Of a DNA stretch of 31,817 nt, positions 19,703-26,422 are shown piece after piece. The notes under the pieces are model-generated. The model saw only the letters and a program-made list of their open reading frames with translations, was not told the DNA's origin and made no database searches. Position 1 is the stretch's first letter. Each line of letters starts with the position of its first letter. This DNA is from Actinomycetota bacterium. Lineage in GTDB: Bacteria; Actinomycetota; Actinomycetes; Nanopelagicales; Nanopelagicaceae. The position numbers and the translations under genes are program-made. The stretch is taken from contig JBEGQQ010000028.1 of assembly GCA_041180925.1 (NCBI GenBank), positions 1 to 31,817 of the forward strand. The letters run 5' to 3'.

Positions 19703-20318
19703 TGTAAATGCGCTTACCTTTGGTGTTCAGGCATTTGTGACTCTCTTTGTGATCATGGATCCTCCTGGTGTTTCACCAATTTTTTTATCGATTGTTGGCT
19801 CCAGACCAAAATATGAAATTCGTAAACTTGCAATCCAAGCAGCCCTCACATCCTTGATCGTAATCACAACTTTTGCGCTATTTGGTCGACTGATTTTGAA
19901 TTATTTAAATATTTCGATTCAAGCTATGCAAATTGCGGGAGGTTTATTGCTTCTAATGGTTTCGCTTGAATTATTAAGCGGGAAAGAGTCTGAAGAGCGA
20001 AAAGTTACGAACACAAATGTGGCAATGGTTCCGCTCGGAACACCGCTATTAGCCGGTCCTGGCGCCATTGTTGCAATCATGATTTTTGTTCAAAAAATTA
20101 ACGATTCTGGCCAAACCACAGCTTTAATTACTGCAACAATTTTAATTCATGCCGTTATTGCATTAGTGCTTATTGGCTCAGCATCAATTGTCCGAGTTAT
20201 TGGAAAATCTGGAATTACCTTGGTTGCACGAATTGCCGGACTACTTTGTGCGGCAATTGCTGTACAAATGTTGGTTGATGCGATTACAACTATTGTTTCT
20301 CAAGGGACGATTTCTTAG
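19695..20318 (+). CDS. MarC family membrane protein
   Basis: FVIMDPPG, IAGGLLL, VPLGTPLLAGPGAI, RIAGLLCAAIAVQM. Confidence 0.92.
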   Translation: MSNVNALTFGVQAFVTLFVIMDPPGVSPIFLSIVGSRPKYEIRKLAIQAALTSLIVITTFALFGRLILNYLNISIQAMQIAGGLLLLMVSLELLSGKESEERKVTNTNVAMVPLGTPLLAGPGAIVAIMIFVQKINDSGQTTALITATILIHAVIALVLIGSASIVRVIGKSGITLVARIAGLLCAAIAVQMLVDAITTIVSQGTIS

Positions 20319-21558
20319 TTCGTTTCCGCTCTCGCTTTACCCTAGCTGGTCGCTCTGGTGGCTTTCGGCGCTCTAATTGCGCCTTAGGTAATGTGCTCTT
20401 AACTTCTTTTACAATTTTTAAATCACTAAATAGGTGTTCGGAAGATGAGTATGTTTCTACTGGATCAGCTATTCCCAATTCAAGGGATTGATTTATGTGG
20501 CTCCATCTTGGTAATTCATCCCAATCAACAAAGGTAACTGCAATGCCAGATGCGCCAGCTCGGGCAGTTCGGCCGATCCGATGCAAATAAGTTTTTTCAT
20601 CTTCGGGACATTGGTAATTAATGACGTGGGTAATCCCATCGACGTCGATGCCGCGCGCAGCAACATCAGTGGCTACAAGAACATCTCGCTTATTTGATTT
20701 GAAATCGGCTAGCGCCCGCTCGCGAGCGGGTTGGCCCAAATCTCCATGAATCGAAGCTGACTTAAACCCACGCTCTTTTAGATTATCTGCCAATTGTTGA
20801 CAAGTACGTTTAGTCCGACAAAAAATCATGGTTTGACCCCGGCCCTCTGCTTGAAGAATCCGCGCCACTATTTCGGCTTTATCTAACGCATGAGTTCGGT
20901 ACACGAATTGCGAAACATTTTTTACAACCGCACCAGAATCTTCTTCTTGTGTGCGAATATGAGTTGGTTGATTTAAATATTTTCTGGCAAGAACCATCAC
21001 ATCGCCCGGCATCGTCGCAGAAAAAAGCATTGTTTGAGTTCGGTTTGGCGTAAGTGAAAAAATTTTCTCAACATCAGGCAAGAAACCCAGATCTAGCATC
21101 TCATCGGCTTCATCAAGAACTAGTTGCTTTACTGTTGTTAAATCTAATTCTTTTTGGCGATGTAAATCTAATAACCGGCCTGGCGTTGCAACGAGAATGT
21201 CCACGCCCTCTTTTAGTTGTGCAAGCTGAGGTTCAAATGCTCTGCCGCCATAGATAGCGGCAACAGATAAATCAGTGCCGATTTTTTCTATCTCTGCCGC
21301 TACTTGCACACCTAGCTCTCTAGTCGGAACTACGACAAGCGCTTGGATTTTGCCAGTCGGTTTCACGTAATTAACTATTGGTAAACCAAAACCTAAGGTC
21401 TTACCAGTACCAGTTTTTGCTTGGCCGATTAAATCAACCCCAGTCATCGCTATCGGAATGACCATTTCCTGAATTGGGAATGGCTTATCGAATCCGGCTG
21501 CATCCAAAGCCGCAAGTACTTCTGGGCGCAGATTTAATTCCGCGAAACTTTTAGTCAA
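20290..21558 (-). CDS. DEAD-box RNA helicase
   Basis: Q motif GFDKPFPIQ, AKTGTGKT, PTREL, TPGRLLD, LDEADEML, SAT, TDVAARGIDV, HRIGRTAR; TTG start. Confidence 0.94.
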   Translation of the reverse strand: MTKSFAELNLRPEVLAALDAAGFDKPFPIQEMVIPIAMTGVDLIGQAKTGTGKTLGFGLPIVNYVKPTGKIQALVVVPTRELGVQVAAEIEKIGTDLSVAAIYGGRAFEPQLAQLKEGVDILVATPGRLLDLHRQKELDLTTVKQLVLDEADEMLDLGFLPDVEKIFSLTPNRTQTMLFSATMPGDVMVLARKYLNQPTHIRTQEEDSGAVVKNVSQFVYRTHALDKAEIVARILQAEGRGQTMIFCRTKRTCQQLADNLKERGFKSASIHGDLGQPARERALADFKSNKRDVLVATDVAARGIDVDGITHVINYQCPEDEKTYLHRIGRTARAGASGIAVTFVDWDELPRWSHINQSLELGIADPVETYSSSEHLFSDLKIVKEVKSTLPKAQLERRKPPERPARVKRERKRTKKSSLEKQ

Positions 21559-21575
21559 TGGTGCACATAGCTTCT

Positions 21576-21605
21576 AAATATTCCAAAATATTCCAAGATA
21601 TTTCG
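21576..21605. repeat. Three tandem 10-bp direct repeats upstream of the helicase
   Basis: AAATATTCCA AAATATTCCA AGATATTTCG (two perfect copies and one degenerate copy). Confidence 0.7.
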
Positions 21606-21607
21606 AA

Positions 21608-21865
21608 TTAATTTTGTGCAAATCCAACGCGACGTTCAACCTGTTCGCCAATTTCAACGAAACCGATTTTGTCTGCTGGAATCACATATTCGCGACCACG
21701 AGTGTCGGTCAGAACTAATGGCTCTGATCCGGCAAGCGCTTTTGCAACCGCCGATTTTATTTCAGCTGGGGATTGCGGACTTTCAAGTGCAATATCCGTT
21801 CCGACATTAACTAATGCAACTCGAACGGTTGTTGTAGATGAACTTTCACCTTTTTTTGTGGCCAT
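21608..21865 (-). CDS. DUF3107 family protein
   Basis: VRVALVN, LESPQSPAEI, LTDTRGREYVIPADKIGFVEIG, RRVGF; SD AGAAGG upstream; conserved TetR-DUF3107-helicase context. Confidence 0.88.
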   Translation of the reverse strand: MATKKGESSSTTTVRVALVNVGTDIALESPQSPAEIKSAVAKALAGSEPLVLTDTRGREYVIPADKIGFVEIGEQVERRVGFAQN

Positions 21866-21876
21866 TTTTTCCTTCT

Positions 21877-22485
21877 CTAGTTTTCGCTACGTGGAAAACC
21901 TGAGATTCCACGCCAGATTACATTTGAAACTAATCGCTGAGCTTGTTCACGACTAAGCTTGCTGTCACGTTCTAACCAATGCCGTGCCGTTACCTGCGCA
22001 CTACCGATTAAGCCTACGCCAAGCATCATTGCCGCCTCTTGTGGCAGTCCGGTATCAAGAGAAATGACGGCGCTCACTGCAGCAGCACAATCGTATGTCA
22101 TTCGATTTAAACGTTCGCGGACAGCAGGTTCAACATTCATATCGCTCTCAAATAAGAGTCGAAAAGCTTCGCCTTCGCTATCGATGAAATTAAAGTAGGC
22201 TGCCACAGTTGCCTGAACTCTCGCAGCATTATCTGGAGTTGAAGCGATTGCTCGTTGAATTTCAAAAACTAACCGATCGATATGCAAATCTAAGACGGCG
22301 AGATATAAATCTAACTTTGATGGAAAATGTTGATATAAAACTGGTTTGCTAACTCCGGCACGTTCGGCGATTTCATCCATCGCAGCCTGGTGATATCCGG
22401 CTTGAGTAAATACCTCCAATGCAGCTGACAGCAGAAGTGCTCGACGCTCGTCGCGCGGTGTTTTTGCCTTTTCTTGCGTAGCCAT
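21877..22485 (-). CDS. TetR/AcrR family transcriptional regulator
   Basis: HTH GYHQAAMDEIAERAGVSKPVLYQHFPSKLDL. True start is ATG 22485 (MATQEK), with TACGAT (22493-22498, minus) 7 nt upstream. Confidence 0.93.
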   Translation of the reverse strand: MATQEKAKTPRDERRALLLSAALEVFTQAGYHQAAMDEIAERAGVSKPVLYQHFPSKLDLYLAVLDLHIDRLVFEIQRAIASTPDNAARVQATVAAYFNFIDSEGEAFRLLFESDMNVEPAVRERLNRMTYDCAAAVSAVISLDTGLPQEAAMMLGVGLIGSAQVTARHWLERDSKLSREQAQRLVSNVIWRGISGFPRSEN

Positions 22486-22524
22486 TGGGTGAATCGTAGA
22501 GGTATCAGGCAAAATTACGCCAAT

Positions 22525-23385
22525 ATGGAAAATCTCAATGGATATCGTGCAATTTTGGTACACGCACATCCAGATGACGAAACTATTAATAACGGTGCAA
22601 CGATGGCGCTTTATGCGAAATTGGGCGCAAAAATAACTTTAATCACCTGCACACGCGGCGAAGAAGGTGAAGTGTTAATTCCAGATCTAGAACATCTTTC
22701 GTCTCAAAAAAGTGATTCACTCGGGGAGCATCGCGTAAAAGAGTTAGCAAATGCGATGGATGAACTTGGAATTACAGACCATCGTTTTTTGGGCGAAGCG
22801 AAAAAATATCGTGATAGCGGGATGATGGGAACTGAATCAAATAACCGCGAAGATTGTTTCTGGCAGTCTAGTGTTGAATTAGCTTCAGCTGAACTGGCCA
22901 AAATTTATGATGAAGTCAAACCACACGTATTGATTACATATGATGAAAATGGTGGATACGGGCACCCTGATCACATTCAGGCACATCGAGTTGCAATGCG
23001 GGCTGCCGAAATATCAAATTGGAAAATTTCAAAAATATATTGGAATGCAATGCCAAAATCAGTTTTAGCAGCGGGTCTAGACAAAATGAAAGAGCTCGGA
23101 TCTGATTTTTTTGGTGCCGAAACTGTTGATGACATTCCATTTGCTAAAGATGATGCGCTTGTTACAAGTGTTGTAGATGGTAACTCCGTAGTCGAGTTAA
23201 AGATGGCGGCAATGCGAGCACATGGCACCCAAATTGCGGTCGATGGTCCCTTTTTTGCGCTCTCAAATAATTTAGGTATGGAAATTTGGGGTAATGAGTA
23301 TTATCAATTAGTAAAAGGCGAAGCAAGCGGTCCGTTCAACAATGAAGGTCGTGAAACTAACTTATTCGCCGGAATCTCGCTCTAA
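22525..23385 (+). CDS. mshB: GlcNAc-Ins deacetylase of mycothiol synthesis (PIG-L family)
   Basis: VHAHPDDET, TCTRGEEGE, YRDSGMMG, TYDENGGYGHPDHIQAH, AMRAHGTQI, FFALSNNLG. Start moved to ATG 22525 to avoid overlap with tetR. Confidence 0.88.
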   Translation: MENLNGYRAILVHAHPDDETINNGATMALYAKLGAKITLITCTRGEEGEVLIPDLEHLSSQKSDSLGEHRVKELANAMDELGITDHRFLGEAKKYRDSGMMGTESNNREDCFWQSSVELASAELAKIYDEVKPHVLITYDENGGYGHPDHIQAHRVAMRAAEISNWKISKIYWNAMPKSVLAAGLDKMKELGSDFFGAETVDDIPFAKDDALVTSVVDGNSVVELKMAAMRAHGTQIAVDGPFFALSNNLGMEIWGNEYYQLVKGEASGPFNNEGRETNLFAGISL

Positions 23386-23559
23386 AACTTCTTTCCAAAC
23401 AAAGACATCTTTTGGGTTGAACGTGATTACTTCACCAGATTTAACCTCTATGGTGAATTCGGCAACATAGGTTCCGAGCAAATCGCGGAAACCTCCGCCG
23501 CTATCGAATATCCGCACCGAGACCCGCTTACCTATCAGTTCTGGGCCGAAATTCTTCAT
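23362..23559 (-). CDS. Hypothetical 65-aa all-beta protein (possible Sm/SH3-like fold)
   Basis: Fills the mshB-fdxA gap; TATCGT -10 (23566-23571, minus) is 6 nt before the ATG; IGKRVSVR..GFRDLLG resembles the N-terminal module of the GNAT protein I recall beside fdxA in other actinobacteria. Confidence 0.7.
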   Translation of the reverse strand: MKNFGPELIGKRVSVRIFDSGGGFRDLLGTYVAEFTIEVKSGEVITFNPKDVFVWKEVLERDSGE

Positions 23560-23590
23560 GGATTAACGATAAAGGCTTTATGATTTCACC

Positions 23591-23911
23591 ATGACTTACA
23601 TAATCGCCCAACCGTGTGTTGATGTTAAAGATAAATCATGTATCGAAGAGTGCCCAGTGGATTGCATTTATGAAGGCTCTCGCATGCTTTACATCCATCC
23701 GGATGAATGTGTCGATTGCGGAGCGTGTGAACCAGTTTGCCCAGTTGAGGCGATTTATTACGAAGATGATGTCCCTACCAACTGGAAAGAGTTTGGCGAT
23801 GGCAACGCGGCATTCTTCGTTGAATTAGGAAGTCCCGGTGGCGCTAGCAAAGTTGGCAAAACTGAGAATGATCCTGAATTTGTTAAAAATTTGCCGCCAC
23901 AGAACTCGTAA
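23591..23911 (+). CDS. fdxA: 7Fe ferredoxin
   Basis: [47 protein letters not shown] -10 at 23579-23584. Confidence 0.96.
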   Translation: MTYIIAQPCVDVKDKSCIEECPVDCIYEGSRMLYIHPDECVDCGACEPVCPVEAIYYEDDVPTNWKEFGDGNAAFFVELGSPGGASKVGKTENDPEFVKNLPPQNS

Positions 23912-23914
23912 CTT

Positions 23915-24973
23915 TTGAAACTGCCAGATTTTCCATGGGACGCGCTCGCGCCTTACGGAAAAAAAGCTCGAGGATATTCATCCGGCTTCATTGATTTATC
24001 TCAAGGTACTCCGGTTGATGCCACACCTGAATTTATTCAAGAAGTATTTCGGGCATCTTCAAATTCACCAAGTTACCCAACAACAATTGGTACCGCCGAT
24101 CTACAACAAGCAATAAGAGATTGGGCAGTTCGCCAACTCGGTGCGACCGGTGATTTTGCAGTTTTGCCATTGATTGGGTCGAAAGAAATTGTCGCGATGT
24201 TGCCAACAATTTTGGAAGCAAAATCTGTTTTATATCCCGAAATCGCCTATCCAACTTATCAAGTTGGCGCAATCATTGCCAAAGCAAAAGCTGAGGCAGT
24301 TGATTTCGATGCCACCAAGTGGCCATTGGCTGAATTAGCTTGGATCAACTCCCCATCAAATCCAACCGGTCGGGTTCAAAGCGATGATGAAATTTTGGCT
24401 GCAATTGAATGGGCTCGAAATAAAGGCATTGCAATTTTCGATGAATGTTATTTGGAATTTGGTGATCGTAAAAAACCAAAATCAGTTCTGGCGCTTACGG
24501 GCGGGAACAATAAAAATATTTTGGCAGTACATTCGCTAAGCAAGAGATCGAATATGGCTGGATATCGCGCAGCCATGTTAATTGGTGACCCCGATTTGGT
24601 TGCCAAGATTTTAGAAGTTCGAAAACACGCAGGCGGCATGGTTCCGCTGCCAGTTCAAAATGCGATGGTTGCGGCGCTGTCAGATAGTGATCATGTAGCC
24701 AAACAGCGAGATCGATACAACGCACGTCGTGCCAAAGTCGCATCTGCAATTGAAAAATGTGGATTTAAGATTGAATTTAGCGAGGCCGGACTTTATCTGT
24801 GGGCTACTCGGAATGAAGAAGATTGGCAGAGCGTTGATTGGTTTGCAGCTAAAGGAATTTTGGTTACTCCAGGACATTTTTATGGCAGCGCGGGATCAAA
24901 ACATGTTCGAATTGCCTTAACTGCAACGGATGCTCAAATTGATGAAGTGGTTAATCGGTTAAAAAATGAGTGA
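23915..24973 (+). CDS. dapC: N-succinyldiaminopimelate aminotransferase
   Basis: LPDFPWD, DLSQGTPVD, WINSPSNPTG, FDECY, PLP-lysine SLSKRSNMAGYR; fdxA-dapC synteny. Confidence 0.92.
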   Translation: MKLPDFPWDALAPYGKKARGYSSGFIDLSQGTPVDATPEFIQEVFRASSNSPSYPTTIGTADLQQAIRDWAVRQLGATGDFAVLPLIGSKEIVAMLPTILEAKSVLYPEIAYPTYQVGAIIAKAKAEAVDFDATKWPLAELAWINSPSNPTGRVQSDDEILAAIEWARNKGIAIFDECYLEFGDRKKPKSVLALTGGNNKNILAVHSLSKRSNMAGYRAAMLIGDPDLVAKILEVRKHAGGMVPLPVQNAMVAALSDSDHVAKQRDRYNARRAKVASAIEKCGFKIEFSEAGLYLWATRNEEDWQSVDWFAAKGILVTPGHFYGSAGSKHVRIALTATDAQIDEVVNRLKNE

Positions 24974-25967
24974 AGGTATTTTGTTAGTTGGTGGGCTCGG
25001 AACCAGGTTGCGGCCGCTAACCAACGATTTGCCAAAACCCATGCTCCCAATCGCAACCCTGCCGGTAACGGAGCATCAAATTGCGATGGCAAAACGGGCT
25101 GGCGTAACTCGATTAGTTCTCGCAACATCATATCTGTCGGATGTTTTTAAACCATATTTTGGCGACGGGAAAAAATGGGGAATCGAAATTGATTATGCAG
25201 TAGAAAAAGAACCGCTTGGCACTGGTGGTGCCATTAGAAATGCGGCTGAACTTTTAAGTGGTAATAACGAAATTATTATTTTCAACGGGGATGTATTGAG
25301 TTCTCATAACTTGAATAAACAAATCGCACAGCACAAGGAAACAAATGCCGCTGTAACGCTTCATTTAACGCCGGTCGAAGATGCTAGAGCTTATGGTTCA
25401 GTTCCAACTGATGATCGGGGACGAGTTACGGCTTTTTTGGAAAAAATGGATCAACCACCCACCAAAAATATAAATGCTGGTTGTTATGTTTTCGCACCGT
25501 CAGTAATGAACACAATTCCATTGGGCCAAGTTGTTAGCGTCGAGCGTGAAACCTTCCCAAATCTGATTTCATCTGGCGAATTGGTTTTTGGTTATATCGA
25601 TCAGGCTTATTGGTTGGATATCGGAACGCCCGCAGCACTGATGAAAGGCTCGAAAGATTTAGTTATTGGATTGGCCGATGCTGATGCATTAAATAATTAC
25701 CAATTCGTGCATCGTGGCAAAGATTATGTAGCGGCTGCAAACTCAATGGTCGCAGGTAAAATTTCAGGGGGCACATCAATTGGGGCAAACTCTCAGATCG
25801 CTGCCGGTGCCAAAATTGAATCCTCAATTATTTGCGAAGGCGTGAGAATTGGAAGCTCTGAAATAAATAATTCATTCATCGCTCCTGGTGCCGAAATCGG
25901 TGATGGAGTTGTTATTTCTGGCTCATATGTCGCCAAATCAGGGGAAATTTTCGCAATTTTCGATTAA
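24966..25967 (+). CDS. manC: Mannose-1-phosphate guanylyltransferase (NDP-sugar synthase)
   Basis: LVGGLGTRLRPLT, PKPMLP, EPLGTGGAIR, FNGDVL, INAGCYV, YWLDIGTP, C-terminal hexapeptide repeats. Confidence 0.88.
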   Translation: MSEGILLVGGLGTRLRPLTNDLPKPMLPIATLPVTEHQIAMAKRAGVTRLVLATSYLSDVFKPYFGDGKKWGIEIDYAVEKEPLGTGGAIRNAAELLSGNNEIIIFNGDVLSSHNLNKQIAQHKETNAAVTLHLTPVEDARAYGSVPTDDRGRVTAFLEKMDQPPTKNINAGCYVFAPSVMNTIPLGQVVSVERETFPNLISSGELVFGYIDQAYWLDIGTPAALMKGSKDLVIGLADADALNNYQFVHRGKDYVAAANSMVAGKISGGTSIGANSQIAAGAKIESSIICEGVRIGSSEINNSFIAPGAEIGDGVVISGSYVAKSGEIFAIFD

Positions 25968-25994
25968 TTCCGTCCAATAAGGCACTTTGCTGGC

Positions 25995-26023
25995 TTGACA
26001 ATATCGAGTTACATGCGTGTAAT
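25995..26023 (+). promoter_or_regulatory. whiB promoter with an inverted repeat over the -10
   Basis: TTGACA (25995-26000), 17 nt, TGTAAT (26018-26023); TTACA-tgcg-TGTAA at 26009-26022; SD AGGGG at 26079-26083. Confidence 0.75.
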
Positions 26024-26091
26024 TCAGCCAAGCACTCGCTGGTCAACCGGGCCTCGAGCAAGTTATTTAAGAAGATATAGGGGTTATTCGA

Positions 26092-26358
26092 ATGCGCGAT
26101 CAAGGACCAAGCATTCAGCTCGTTTCTGGAGAAATCGTCGAACTGTCATGGCAGGAGCGGGCATTGTGCGCTCAGACAGATCCAGAGGCATTCTTCCCAG
26201 AAAAAGGCGGATCAACACGAGAGGCTAAGCGCGTCTGCATGTCATGTGAAGTGCGCGGCGAATGTCTCGAATACGCCCTTGCTCACGATGAGCGCTTTGG
26301 AATTTGGGGCGGACTATCTGAGCGAGAACGCCGCCGCCTGAAGCGTCGTAGCGCTTAA
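26092..26358 (+). CDS. whiB: WhiB-family Fe-S transcription factor (WhiB/WhiB2/WhmD type)
   Basis: WQERALCAQTDPEAFFPEKGGSTREAKRVCMSCEVRGECLEYAL..ERFGIWGGLSERERR: four Cys plus the GIWGG turn. Confidence 0.96.
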   Translation: MRDQGPSIQLVSGEIVELSWQERALCAQTDPEAFFPEKGGSTREAKRVCMSCEVRGECLEYALAHDERFGIWGGLSERERRRLKRRSA

Positions 26359-26371
26359 TAATTTTCAAATA

Positions 26372-26405
26372 GATGGGCGCATTCGCCAAAGCGATAGCGC
26401 TCATT
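26372..26405 (+). terminator. Stem-loop downstream of whiB (possible terminator or 3' stabiliser)
   Basis: GATGGGCGC/GCGCTCATT stem (two G-U pairs), 2x2 internal loop, inner TCGC-CAAA-GCGA hairpin; no clear U-tract. Confidence 0.4.
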
Positions 26406-26422
26406 AGAAACTTATCCCTGTA

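Noticed and set aside
26030-26091. whiB 5' leader as a riboswitch or ncRNA
   Set aside because: Only about 60 nt with a weak 4-bp hairpin and no recognisable aptamer; an Rfam scan would be needed.
25995-26228. 77-aa Arg-rich ORF overlapping whiB
   Set aside because: Its TTG start is the -35 hexamer, so it begins upstream of the inferred TSS; it is an off-frame reading of whiB.
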